Assembly (NCBI GenBank): GCA_963715865.1 | Contig: OY970280.1 | Span: 640,001 to 704,000, forward strand | DNA length: 64,000 nt | Reading direction: 5' to 3' | From: Candidatus Bathyarchaeota archaeon | GTDB lineage: Archaea > Thermoproteota > Bathyarchaeia > Bathyarchaeales > Bathycorpusculaceae | Shown here: piece after piece, positions 1 to 9,718 of the stretch | Numbering within the stretch: position 1 is the first letter of the stretch | How the letters are laid out: the number at the start of each line of letters is the position of its first letter | Made by a program: the position numbers and the translations under genes | Notes under the pieces: model-generated | The model's input: only the letters and a program-made list of their open reading frames with translations | Told to the model about the DNA's origin: nothing | The model's database searches: none

Positions 1-1
1 T

Positions 2-1795
2 TCTCGCGAGTTTGGTTATCTTAGAAAATGGGTTCCAATCGCTATTTTGATAGGTACGATCTGCGGATTAGGAAGTATTGTTTTCTATGAAGCAATTAGA
101 CTTGTAAGCACGGTTCTGCTCGGCGATGTTGCTGGTTTTTTTGCGCCTTCACCAGTCGGAGAAGGCGGAAGCTTGGGATTACTCTCATCCCGTCTTTACT
201 TGATTCCGTTGGTAACTACTGTTGGAGGACTTTGCAGTGGTATACTCGTCTATGGCTTGGCGCCAGAAGCCGAGGGCCATGGAACTGACGCAGCAATAGA
301 TGCTTTTCACAATAAAAAGGGTGAGATTCGATCCAGAATACCTTTGGTTAAGCTTGTGGCCTCAGCATTAACGATCGGCTCTGGAGGAAGTGCAGGCAGA
401 GAGGGTCCGACAGCGCAGATAGGGGCAGGCTTCGGTTCCTTCCTGGGCAGAAGACTTCATCTCAGTTTACACGACAGAAGAATCGCAGTTGCGGTCGGTA
501 TAGGTTCAGGAATTGGCTCTATCTTCAAGGCGCCGTTTGGAGGGGCCATACTGAGCGCTGAGATTCTTTACATGGGAGACTTTGAGGTGGAAACGTTGCT
601 GCCAGCTTTCATAGCTTCAACTGTGGGATATAGTATTTTCGCGTCATATGCTGGGTGGACGCCTATATTTGGCTACATGAATCTAGGTGCTTTCAATGAC
701 CCACTTGATCTGCCCTTTTACGTTGTTTTGGGTATAGTCTGCGGTTTAGTGGGCATTGTGTACGTCAAAGGGTTCTACGGCACACGGGCTTTTTTTCAGC
801 GTCTAGGAATGCCACGTTTCTTGAAGCCGGCTCTGGGAGGATTTTTAGTGGGTATTATTGGAATGTTTCTACCGCAAGTGCTCGGCATGGGGTATGGCTG
901 GCTTCAGATAGCGATGACGGGCAACTTTGTCTTACTCCCCATAATTTTGATTCCAATAATCATCGTAGCCAAAATAGTTGCCACTTCTCTTACTGTAGGA
1001 TCAGGAGGAAGCGGAGGAGTCTTCGCACCAGCTCTGGTGATAGGCGGCTTGCTAGGAGCAGCACTCTGGATATTTCTAGATGGGCTTTTGCCAAATTTCG
1101 GTCCTGTCATTGCCGCATTTGTTATCGTGGGGATGATGGCATTTTTCGGAGGCGTAGGCAAAGTGCCTATTGCCGTCATACTTATGGTTAGTGAAATGAC
1201 TGGAGGGTTTGCTCTGCTGGTTCCCTCAATGGTAGCCACTGCCATTGCATATGTGATCACAGGAAAGTATACGATCTATAGAAGCCAGGTTCAATCAAGG
1301 GCTGATTCGCCAGCCCACAGAAGTGAATATTCCGTTCCTCTGCTGCAGAAGCTCTTCGTCAAAGACGCAATGACCAAAAAGGTCATCACAACTACTCCCA
1401 ACTCACCACTTTCAGAGGTCGCTGAGATAATGGCAAAGAACGGAATAAAAGGTATACCGGTCTTGGATGACAACGGCAGACTTGTGGGTATGGTCACACT
1501 TACAGATGTTCTTCAGCTCCATCCAGACCATAGAGCTACGACCATGGTAAGCTCCGTAATGACGAAAGAGCTGGTGACAACGATTCCTGATGAAAGTCTT
1601 TATACAGCTTTTGACAAGATGACGAGTAACCAAATCGGACGCCTGCCAGTTGTTGAGCCAGAGGACAGCACGAAGCTGATAGGCATAATCACTCGAGAAG
1701 ACATCTGGCGAGTCTACAACATAGAGATAAGGTCAAAACTGGAAGAGGTTAAACTTTCAGGAAGCGTCGAAGAGAACAGCGAGTCAAACTTCTGA
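2..1795 (+). CDS. CLC-family chloride/proton antiporter with two C-terminal CBS domains (5'-truncated by window edge)
   Basis: Frame is open from base 2. Motifs GREGP (gating Glu), GGVFAP, AEIL (proton Glu) and tandem CBS repeats (VKDAMTK..., VSSVMTK...). The GSGIP selectivity motif is replaced by GHGTD. Confidence 0.95.
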   Translation, partial: SREFGYLRKWVPIAILIGTICGLGSIVFYEAIRLVSTVLLGDVAGFFAPSPVGEGGSLGLLSSRLYLIPLVTTVGGLCSGILVYGLAPEAEGHGTDAAIDAFHNKKGEIRSRIPLVKLVASALTIGSGGSAGREGPTAQIGAGFGSFLGRRLHLSLHDRRIAVAVGIGSGIGSIFKAPFGGAILSAEILYMGDFEVETLLPAFIASTVGYSIFASYAGWTPIFGYMNLGAFNDPLDLPFYVVLGIVCGLVGIVYVKGFYGTRAFFQRLGMPRFLKPALGGFLVGIIGMFLPQVLGMGYGWLQIAMTGNFVLLPIILIPIIIVAKIVATSLTVGSGGSGGVFAPALVIGGLLGAALWIFLDGLLPNFGPVIAAFVIVGMMAFFGGVGKVPIAVILMVSEMTGGFALLVPSMVATAIAYVITGKYTIYRSQVQSRADSPAHRSEYSVPLLQKLFVKDAMTKKVITTTPNSPLSEVAEIMAKNGIKGIPVLDDNGRLVGMVTLTDVLQLHPDHRATTMVSSVMTKELVTTIPDESLYTAFDKMTSNQIGRLPVVEPEDSTKLIGIITREDIWRVYNIEIRSKLEEVKLSGSVEENSESNF

Positions 1796-1888
1796 ACAGA
1801 AAGATGCGCGCAAATGACTGCTTCCAAAATTGTCAATTGTCAAAAATGGTGCTAAATTCTTATTTTGCTCCTTCTACAGACAGACCAT

Positions 1889-4426
1889 TTAGCGGTCTTC
1901 ATTTTTAGGGCTGGAAGGCTTTTTTAATTTTTTGAAAAAGGATAATGTGATATGAGAAAATGTAGATGAAGCAACGTAAGGTTGTTGTCTGTTAGACAAA
2001 GCTTCTTCGTGCCCCATTAATCTGAAGAAGTGAATCTTTAGCTGGTCGGTTATCAGGAAACTAAGCAATGCATAACCCCATACAAAGGCGGCGAATCCCC
2101 ACCCAATCGGATTCATAAATACACCGTAGACAGCAAACAACGTACCAATAACTTGAGTCACCTCAGTGGTTACAAAGAGAATGCTGGCTGGAAGTGGACG
2201 TTTCCAGAAGTGATTCACTCCCGTGCGCGCAAGATAAATCGTGAGGTGCCCAGCAACGGCCATTTTAAGGAAAATCAGCGTCTGCAGCGTGCTAAAGCTT
2301 AAATGGAACACGTTTAACCCAATTATGAAGAGCCCGAAGCTAGAGACAACGCCCGTTGCTCCAAGCAGAGAAGCCACGATCAATACTCCACGCATGTTCC
2401 AGCGAACGGGTTTCTCTTGCACCCTCACGTTATCGTATGCAATTGTCATGATAGGCATGTCATTAAGCAAAGCAAGAATGACTATCATAACTGCCGTCAA
2501 GGGATAGAAGTTGAAGGCAAGAATTGCAAGCGACAAGAAAATTAACACTCTAGTAGTCTCGGCGATGCGGTAGACGGCGTAATTGGTCATGCGTTCGAAA
2601 ATCTTGCGGCTCTCTTTTATCGCGTCGATGATGACAGAAAGCCCCGGCTTCGTTAGCACCACGTCTGCTGCGGATTTAGCCGCGTCAGTTGCTCCCGCAA
2701 CAGCAATCCCTGCATCTGCCTTCTTTAAGGCAGGAGCATCGTTAACTCCATCGCCTGTCATGCCGACAATGTGTCCTTTTTCTTGGAGCAACTGAACAAT
2801 GCGGTACTTATGCTCAGGAAAAACTTGGGCGAAACCATCAGCGTTTTCAATAAGGCCTATTGTTTCGCTGTCGAGTTTATCCATGAAAGAAGAAGCTGGT
2901 ATTATGTTTGTGCCCAGATTAACTTCTTGAGCAATCTGCTTAGCTATAGCAATATGGTCGCCAGTGACCATCTTGACGTTTATGCCCATCTTCTGGGCTG
3001 TTTTTATTGTCTCAGCAGAGTCTTCGCGGGGTGGGTCGTAAATTGCAAGAAGACCAACAAATTGCCAGTTGCCCTCTTCGTCTCCCTTAATTACTCCTAG
3101 TGCTCGATGCCCTTTGCTTGCAAAAGTGCTTACAATTTCGTTAACTCTATCTTCGATTTCTGTCTTGTTGGAAACAAGAGACAAAACAACTTGCGGTGCA
3201 CCCTTGGACACTTTGAAGCGCCCACCATCACGGCTCTCCACCGTGGCTTCAGTCCTCTTCGAAACAGGGTCAAAGGGCTTAAAATCAACCACGCTGTATC
3301 GACCAAGAACATCGGCAAGTGCACTGACCGACCTGGCTTTGGCGATGACGGCATCATCAATGGGATCATGATTTTCTTCCCTGGAAGCCAATGTTCCATA
3401 CAAGAGAGCGTCGTCAATTTCGAATTTGCCCAAGGCTTGCGCTTCTGCAATAGTAAGTTCATTCTTCGTTATCGTGCCTGTCTTGTCCGAGCATAATACA
3501 TCAACTCCAGCCATTTCTTCAATTGAAACCAGCTTGCTCACGATAGCTTCTTTTTTGGCGAGGACGATTGCCCCAACAGCCATAGTGACTGTCAAAACGG
3601 CTGGCAACGCTACAGGTATTGAAGCTACAACCAAAACCAGCGCAAACTGCAGAATAGCTAATGGGTTGGCATGTCGAAGGAGAGCTGCAATGACAACGGC
3701 AGAAACCATTATTGCCGCGAGGATGATCAAGTAGTTTCCTATTCTTATGACTGCTTTTTGGAAGTGGCTTACTGTTCTGGCTTCCGCCACCAGTTTGGCG
3801 GTTTTGCCAAAGAAACTGCTTATTCCTGTTGCCACGACATAAGCGTCCATTTCACCTTGCCTGACGATAGCTCCTGCATAAGCAACATCGGAAACGTGTT
3901 TCTCTACGGGCAGGGATTCACCGGTTAACGCGGATTCGTCCGCGAGCAAGTAGGCGCCTTTCATAAGTTTAACATCAGCAGGAATAATGTCGCCCAAGCG
4001 GACTCGTACGATGTCTCCCGGAACGAGTTCCTTTGAGGGTATCTCATGCCATGTCCCGTCTCTTAGCACTCGGGCTTTAGGGGCAAGTCGCTTTTTTAAC
4101 AATTCTATGGCGTTGTCTGCTTTCCGTTCTTGCCAAAATCCTACTACTGCGTTCACAAATAGCAACGTGAAAATAATCGCAAAATCATCATAGTGCTGTA
4201 TGATTATAGATAGCACTGAGGCAATTTCTATCATCCAGGGAATAGGTCCCCAGAAATAGCCCATAAACTTGCGAAAAGGACTAACTTTCTTTTCAGGAAT
4301 TTCGTTAGTACCATACTGTTGAAGCTTTTTCGCTACTTCTTCTGAAGATAGTCCAGTCTTAACGTATATTGAAAATGGAGTTTCTTCTTCAGACGGGTTT
4401 TTTGACTGTTCGGATTCCACTAACAA
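1889..4426 (-). CDS. P-type ATPase, plasma-membrane proton-efflux type (P3A)
   Basis: Motifs DKTGT (phosphorylation site), TGES, KGAP, MVTGD, GDGVNDAPALK and ASIPVALPAV, as in H+-ATPases. Confidence 0.95.
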   Translation of the reverse strand: MLVESEQSKNPSEEETPFSIYVKTGLSSEEVAKKLQQYGTNEIPEKKVSPFRKFMGYFWGPIPWMIEIASVLSIIIQHYDDFAIIFTLLFVNAVVGFWQERKADNAIELLKKRLAPKARVLRDGTWHEIPSKELVPGDIVRVRLGDIIPADVKLMKGAYLLADESALTGESLPVEKHVSDVAYAGAIVRQGEMDAYVVATGISSFFGKTAKLVAEARTVSHFQKAVIRIGNYLIILAAIMVSAVVIAALLRHANPLAILQFALVLVVASIPVALPAVLTVTMAVGAIVLAKKEAIVSKLVSIEEMAGVDVLCSDKTGTITKNELTIAEAQALGKFEIDDALLYGTLASREENHDPIDDAVIAKARSVSALADVLGRYSVVDFKPFDPVSKRTEATVESRDGGRFKVSKGAPQVVLSLVSNKTEIEDRVNEIVSTFASKGHRALGVIKGDEEGNWQFVGLLAIYDPPREDSAETIKTAQKMGINVKMVTGDHIAIAKQIAQEVNLGTNIIPASSFMDKLDSETIGLIENADGFAQVFPEHKYRIVQLLQEKGHIVGMTGDGVNDAPALKKADAGIAVAGATDAAKSAADVVLTKPGLSVIIDAIKESRKIFERMTNYAVYRIAETTRVLIFLSLAILAFNFYPLTAVMIVILALLNDMPIMTIAYDNVRVQEKPVRWNMRGVLIVASLLGATGVVSSFGLFIIGLNVFHLSFSTLQTLIFLKMAVAGHLTIYLARTGVNHFWKRPLPASILFVTTEVTQVIGTLFAVYGVFMNPIGWGFAAFVWGYALLSFLITDQLKIHFFRLMGHEEALSNRQQPYVASSTFSHITLSFFKKLKKPSSPKNEDR

Positions 4427-4533
4427 GCCTTCTGTTGTACTAGGCGAATAGATTTTCTATTAACAGAATAGCCAAAGTTCATAACACCGCCGCTTTTTAA
4501 TGTTTCCAAACTATTGAGGAAAAGCCTTCAACC

Positions 4534-4767
4534 TTAGGGTATGTCCGACGATTTTCCTCTTACACAGTAGTATTCTAGTTTCAATCCGTATTTGGAGGCT
4601 ACAGGACAAAAACTACACAAGCAACCTGATTCGAGAACTGTTTCTTCGGATTTTCCCCTAGAACAGTAAAGGGCGCTGCTCAAAGGCGAGTTTTTATAGC
4701 TTGGGCACTCAGGGCAAGCGCACATCTTCAAGTTTTCACTGTTTTCCTCTACAGTATTTCCCATCAA
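4534..4767 (-). CDS. Small Cys-rich protein (DUF2769-like)
   Basis: CACPECPSY...LYCSRGKS...CLCSFCPV...YYC pattern. Confidence 0.75.
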   Translation of the reverse strand: MMGNTVEENSENLKMCACPECPSYKNSPLSSALYCSRGKSEETVLESGCLCSFCPVASKYGLKLEYYCVRGKSSDIP

Positions 4768-4869
4768 ACATCACTCATGTAATTAAGCCGTTACAAGCAC
4801 TCAGTTTCGACTGGCTCATACCACATAACTCATGCACAACCTAAAAAGCTCTAACACCTTTAAACCTTT

Positions 4870-4895
4870 TTTCCTGAAAAACTGAATTCAGGAAA
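4870..4895. promoter_or_regulatory. Perfect 9-bp inverted repeat next to a TATA-like box (candidate operator)
   Basis: TTTCCTGAA-8nt-TTCAGGAAA followed by ATATTTAAATT, about 30 nt upstream of the ATG at 4930, between divergent genes. Confidence 0.5.
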
Positions 4896-4929
4896 TATTT
4901 AAATTGAAAAAAAGAGATACATAACAGCT

Positions 4930-5208
4930 ATGCGCCCTTCAGAGTTGAATGGTAAAAAAGTTGTCGGAGCTGGAGCTAAGATAGCGGGAACAGTCTTTGA
5001 CGTTGAAATAGACCCAATAAGCTGGAAGGTGACCAGTTTGCAGATAGAATTATCTGACGAGGCAATCGAGATTCTGGGCTACAAGAAACCATTCATGGGA
5101 CGTGTAGATATTTTACTTTCAATAGAAGCCGTAGCGGTTGTAGCTGACGTAGTAAACCTCAACAAACCAATCACGGAGCTAAAAAAGTTCATCCAGCCAC
5201 CAAAGTGA
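4930..5208 (+). CDS. PRC-barrel domain protein
   Basis: SELNGKKVV...GTVFDVEID...WKVTSLQI pattern typical of archaeal PRC barrels. Confidence 0.8.
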   Translation: MRPSELNGKKVVGAGAKIAGTVFDVEIDPISWKVTSLQIELSDEAIEILGYKKPFMGRVDILLSIEAVAVVADVVNLNKPITELKKFIQPPK

Positions 5209-5255
5209 AATATTTTTTTGTTAGATTTTGCCGGGAAAAAGTTTTTTTGTTTTCC

Positions 5256-6458
5256 CTATTTTTCCTTTCTATTCTTCCTTGAAAGGAAGATAACGCCGAT
5301 TGTTGCTATGACTGCCGTGGACATGATAATTACTACAGCAAAGTTAATGAAAAGAGACGCATAGGACAAGCCATATTGTGCGGGCAAAGTCGCCAGAACG
5401 GCAGCTGCTAAGCCACGTGTAAGCACAAAGGTCAAAATAGGTCTTTCATTTTTGAGTTCACTCCTTAAGGTCGTCAGATATACTGCACCGTACCTAACAA
5501 AGAGTAAAAGAAACGATAGGGCAATTCCAAAAAAGATGAAATTCACATTAGATATGGTTGCGATTATTCCGAGGAACACGAAAAAGAAAGTTCTTATAAA
5601 AAATGCAATTTCCGATTCAAAACGCTTTAATCCATCATCTACCGCCAAGTTAGTTGTTGTTTTTCTCCGGAGGAATTTGAAAATTGCAGTTTCGTTACCT
5701 AACATTAGACCAAAAAGAAGTGCGCTTAGTGCACCGCTGCCTCCGAGGGTCTCTGAAATTGCGTAGGCGAAAAGAGCAATGGCTAATGTCAACATGTAAG
5801 AAAAAGGCAAATAAGAAATTCGCCTCAAGAGAAAGAGTCCCAGGATTCCAAGGGCTGTGCCAATTCCTGCACCAATTAGAAATTTTCCTGCAATTCCGGC
5901 GCCGATTGACATGTAATCAGCCTGGCCTGTCATTATGACTCCGATTAAGGCGAGAGAAACTACAATGCATAGAATGTCCGTTGCTGCCGATTCGAGCACT
6001 AATGTGGTTGAGCCCTTTTCGCTTATTTTGATTTTGGCAGCCAAGGAGATTACCACTATTGAACTGCTTCCTCCATAAATGCTTCCGAAGAGTAGACCGT
6101 AAGAAAGAGGCATGCCAAAAAGTAAAACCATGAAAAGCGCAACCACTAAAACACTGAAAAGGAAACCCAACAGAGCAAGCAACGCTGCCCTTGGGCTGTG
6201 AGAAAGAACCTGTTTAATACCTATGCCCATGCCGCCATCGAATAAGATGAAAACAAGTGCCAATGCTGAAATGTAAGGAGCAAATCCCTGAATTGCACTG
6301 GTGTCAAATATATGCAGTAGTGGCCCGACAATCATTCCTAAGACTATGAGAAACAGCATGTCAGGAATGCCTTTCTTTGCAAAGAGGTAGTTGCCCAAGA
6401 AACCTATCACAATAATAAGAGCGCTCGTGATCAAGGCTAACGAGACAAGGTCTACCAT
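5256..6458 (-). CDS. Cation:proton antiporter (CPA1/NhaP-like)
   Basis: About 12 hydrophobic segments, with LFDGG, LESAATD and TRGLAAAVLA motifs. Confidence 0.9.
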   Translation of the reverse strand: MVDLVSLALITSALIIVIGFLGNYLFAKKGIPDMLFLIVLGMIVGPLLHIFDTSAIQGFAPYISALALVFILFDGGMGIGIKQVLSHSPRAALLALLGFLFSVLVVALFMVLLFGMPLSYGLLFGSIYGGSSSIVVISLAAKIKISEKGSTTLVLESAATDILCIVVSLALIGVIMTGQADYMSIGAGIAGKFLIGAGIGTALGILGLFLLRRISYLPFSYMLTLAIALFAYAISETLGGSGALSALLFGLMLGNETAIFKFLRRKTTTNLAVDDGLKRFESEIAFFIRTFFFVFLGIIATISNVNFIFFGIALSFLLLFVRYGAVYLTTLRSELKNERPILTFVLTRGLAAAVLATLPAQYGLSYASLFINFAVVIIMSTAVIATIGVIFLSRKNRKEK

Positions 6459-6819
6459 TTTGAAACACGACGAAATAATTAGTCGGGAATGCTTAAAAGA
6501 TTTCTCAAAAATCCTAGCTGCAAAACGTTGCCCGAATCTTGATGCAAAAGATTATGAAATCATACAAGGCTCTTTGTCGTTTCCCAACATATTGTCCTTT
6601 GAAAACACAGGGTGCCTACGAACTGCGATGTGAGCGGATAGTATCTTTACGTTAAACTTCTTGAAGTTGTTAAGGATGTTATCGATTTTCTATTAGCTCA
6701 TGGATTTCTTTTTTCGCTTTCGCAACCCGGGCTGGAACAAGGGGACACACAATAAAAGAGATCTGGGGTCTGGGTTTGGTTCGATTTGGCAACTTTGGAG
6801 TTTGAGATTCCAAGTCAAA

Positions 6820-7164
6820 CTAGAGTTTCGTTTTTTTCAATTCTTCAGTAATTTGTTGGCACGTTTCGTACACGTCCTCGATTTGAATCGGCGGTCCTTT
6901 AACCTTGGATTGAAACACTCCAGCGGACATCAATATGATTCCAAGACTCTCGCTAATAACTGGCACTGGAACCAAAAAAACGGTTAATCCTAACTTTATT
7001 AGCGGTGAAACAGCTCCTTTGTTTTCTCCTCTCATCAGCTTCTTCGCTCCCTTTGCTTCATTCAGGGACTTGCTCAACAAGCTTACGGTTTCCTGATAGC
7101 TCATCCCCATTTCGCGCAGCACTTTAATCAGAGTGGCAGCATCCTCAATCTTGGGTGGATCCAT
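6820..7164 (-). CDS. Hypothetical protein
   Basis: 114-aa ORF with ATG start and protein-like composition. No family recognised. Confidence 0.55.
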   Translation of the reverse strand: MDPPKIEDAATLIKVLREMGMSYQETVSLLSKSLNEAKGAKKLMRGENKGAVSPLIKLGLTVFLVPVPVISESLGIILMSAGVFQSKVKGPPIQIEDVYETCQQITEELKKTKL

Positions 7165-7429
7165 CAGTTTCTCTCCGCGGAATTCAACCTATCCTTAGTG
7201 TTTGAAGAGATACAAAAACCTTCATTTGCACAACACAGTTTTAAAGCCCCCAAATAAAAGCTCTTTTGTTTCTTTTTTGGCTCGTTTTGTCATTTAATAA
7301 AGAGGCTCTTTTGGGGTAAGCATCGCCAAATATATTTCAATTTAACGTTACGGATTTTCCTCAAAAGTACGAGCTTTTGCCTTTACCTTAATAAAATGGT
7401 GAAAATACCAAGAGAAAAAATTGGGAATT

Positions 7430-7478
7430 GCGGGTGATATCTCCACTGTGGTGAGGGCTCAAGTCCCACCCCACGCCA
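7430..7478 (+). other. Degenerate tRNA 3'-half-like sequence
   Basis: GTGAGGGCTCAAGTCCCACCCCACGCCA resembles a T-arm plus acceptor 3' strand plus CCA. No D-arm or anticodon arm is present. Confidence 0.3.
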
Positions 7479-7659
7479 TGTACAAACCTCGCCTATTTTG
7501 AGAAGGGGTACTTTGCGTTTTCTGAATAGTTTTGCAAGTTTGCAGACAAATTCTTCCTCTTTGAACACAGTGAATTGCGTATAGATCGACAAATAACAAA
7601 GCAATTATCCAGAATATATTAAAGATTAATACTTTAAGACCTTTGATATTGAGTTAAGA

Positions 7660-7872
7660 GTGACGGATATGCCTGCTGCAACTAATTTGACCCCTGATAA
7701 ATTACGCCGAAGAAAGAGAACAATCGGCATAATTGCAATAGCTCTTCTGCTGCTGTTCACTGTTTTGGCTCTCTTAGGAGTTATTTCGTTTATAGTTTGG
7801 ATTTTAGCCGATTTGGCTGTGGCTTTGATAGCCAACGTACTGTTGAGAAGAGTTGGAAGAGGAAACCCCTAA
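7660..7872 (+). CDS. Small two-TM membrane protein
   Basis: Basic RRRKR followed by two hydrophobic helices. Confidence 0.65.
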   Translation: MTDMPAATNLTPDKLRRRKRTIGIIAIALLLLFTVLALLGVISFIVWILADLAVALIANVLLRRVGRGNP

Positions 7873-8033
7873 CGAGACTGGCGTAGCTGCATGTATAAAT
7901 AATAAAAAAGAATGAATATTTTACCCTCACGCGAGTCAAACAAATGCCTCCAGCATCAAAGCTATCCGAGAATCAAAAATGAAATGGATGTGAAAAACCG
8001 AGTTTTCTTTAGCCAAAAGAAAAAGAGGGAGGA

Positions 8034-8249
8034 TTGCGCGGGAGATATCGCCAGTTAGGGTATGTTCCGATAAACTGGTATCTTGAATTTAGAGCAGATA
8101 GAATAGCGGCAAAATTTGTAGGGCGAGAGTACATGAAATCTGCTCTGACAAAGCTGGCCAAAAGCAAGAACTATGACGTCAATGAGCCTTCCGAAACGCA
8201 TCCTTCAATAACTGAAAGAATCAAAGAGCTAGACAGACTGAAACTTTGA
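8034..8249 (+). pseudogene. C-terminal fragment of an M48 (HtpX-like) metalloprotease
   Basis: EFRADRIAA and ETHPSITERI motifs are present. The HEXXH motif and the N-terminal part are missing. Confidence 0.75.
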
Positions 8250-8276
8250 CGCACAAAACCAAACCTGTATTCAGTC

Positions 8277-8321
8277 TCACCCACATTCTTCATCACGTAA
8301 CATCGGGACAAGGCAGCGCGC
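8277..8321 (+). repeat. 45-bp direct repeat, copy 1
   Basis: TCACCCACattCTTCAtCACgTAAcaTCGGGACAAGGCAGCGCGC aligns without gaps to 9291-9335. The last 19 bp are identical. Confidence 0.9.
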
Positions 8322-8427
8322 AAACAGGGCGGCACCGTTATTTATCATTCATTTTTTGGATTCATAATTATTATTAAACGCGTTTTCCACAATAATAAAG
8401 GTCAACCTTTACATTGAGAGTTCCATT

Positions 8428-9243
8428 ATGATGAACGAAGCCACGACTGAAAAGACGTTTATATCTTACGCGACGATAGCGCGCGCGCACGTGCTCTCGG
8501 TTTGCACGGATAAAATAGTCCGAAGGAAGACCGTGGTTTACTCGACTCTGGTCGACCCGACCGTCATAAAGGTGACCGGAGAGAGGCTAAAACGACGGTT
8601 GTTCACTAAGTTTGGGATTCTGAAGCCTAACCCCGCATTCATCCAGTTAGTTTCCATGGAGAAATACTACGAACCCTACATAGTGATTAGCGCCAGATAC
8701 TTTCTCGATTACTACCGCATGTGCGCTTACACCATTTCAATCGATAACGACGTGCGTGAGGTCATCCTGCTTGACCAGAAATTTGATCCGGTGAAGTACC
8801 AGAATTCGACTGCGAGCATAAAGCTTGAGGGTGAAGAACGGCTTGTGATCGAGAAGAAAGCCTTCTTCATGTTAGCCAAGGATGGGCAAGAAGCGAACCT
8901 GGAAACGTTACCTTCCGCGCCTTCAGAGAAGAACCCTGAGAAGACAATCGCGAAGCACGGCATCACGGAAATCGATTCGGAAGCGGACGTTGACTTTGTT
9001 CGGAAAAGGCTTGTTCACCGACCGGAAAACCTGAGCCGCATAGTCGACGAGGTTTTTGAAGTCGGCGAAAGAGTCGTAATTTACGCTCCAAGGTTCAAGC
9101 TTACGTACGTTAACGCGTACACTTACCAAGAAAAATCAATAGAGTTTGACGGAGTCACATCAAAAAGAATCCACGACGAGAACATCCGTTCTCGAGTAGT
9201 CCGAGCCATCAAGTCCGCCTTAAACGCGATCATCAAGAAGTAG
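8428..9243 (+). CDS. Conserved-looking archaeal hypothetical protein (true start may be downstream)
   Basis: 271-aa ORF with globular composition, flanked by the 45-bp repeats. Confidence 0.75.
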   Translation: MMNEATTEKTFISYATIARAHVLSVCTDKIVRRKTVVYSTLVDPTVIKVTGERLKRRLFTKFGILKPNPAFIQLVSMEKYYEPYIVISARYFLDYYRMCAYTISIDNDVREVILLDQKFDPVKYQNSTASIKLEGEERLVIEKKAFFMLAKDGQEANLETLPSAPSEKNPEKTIAKHGITEIDSEADVDFVRKRLVHRPENLSRIVDEVFEVGERVVIYAPRFKLTYVNAYTYQEKSIEFDGVTSKRIHDENIRSRVVRAIKSALNAIIKK

Positions 9244-9290
9244 AACAAAACCCCGCTGACTTTTGTGTAGTGAACGGCTTTTCCAGCGTT

Positions 9291-9335
9291 TCACCCACCT
9301 GCTTCAACACTTAATGTCGGGACAAGGCAGCGCGC
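9291..9335 (+). repeat. 45-bp direct repeat, copy 2
   Basis: TCACCCACctgCTTCAaCACtTAAtgTCGGGACAAGGCAGCGCGC. Confidence 0.9.
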
Positions 9336-9454
9336 GGTTCGCCATAGTCATAGATAGAAGCTGTGAAATCTTTTTTAGTTTTTGGATGTTACGGTTTTGG
9401 AAATATGGCTTATATACTTTTTGGGCGTTTTGCTTGTTTTAGGAAGAGGGTTCC

Positions 9455-9718
9455 GTGCGGAAGCGTGGTTGGGGAGCTATTACTGTTGATATTTTAGAGG
9501 CAACTTTAACTCCTCAGAAAAAGACGAGAATAATGTATACGGCCAATTTGAATTATAATCGCTTTAACAAGTATTTTGTTGATTTTGTGAGAAAGGGTTT
9601 CATAGTAGAAGCGGACGATTCTGATGGGAAGCCCGAGTACAAGATTTCTGAGCGGGGTAGAACTTTTTTGGCTGCTCTTAGAAAGGCGCAGGATCTTGCT
9701 GCTGTCGAGGAATACTAA
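9455..9718 (+). CDS. Winged-HTH transcriptional regulator (archaeal HTH_45-like)
   Basis: ITVDILEA...KTRIMYTANLNY...YKISERGRTFL. Confidence 0.85.
   Translation: MRKRGWGAITVDILEATLTPQKKTRIMYTANLNYNRFNKYFVDFVRKGFIVEADDSDGKPEYKISERGRTFLAALRKAQDLAAVEEY

Noticed and set aside
904-4193. Numerous 60-130 aa ORFs antisense or out of frame within the CLC and ATPase genes (likewise inside other long genes)
   Set aside because: They are shadow ORFs overlapping well-supported genes and carry no motifs of their own.
4930-5208. PRC-barrel protein as cell-division factor CdpB
   Set aside because: No division genes are adjacent, and PRC barrels are a broad family. The assignment would need a phylogeny.
8250-8300. 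C/D-box sRNA on the minus strand (GTGATGA...CTGA)
   Set aside because: Only one C/D pair is present with no C'/D' partner, and the second repeat copy loses both boxes.
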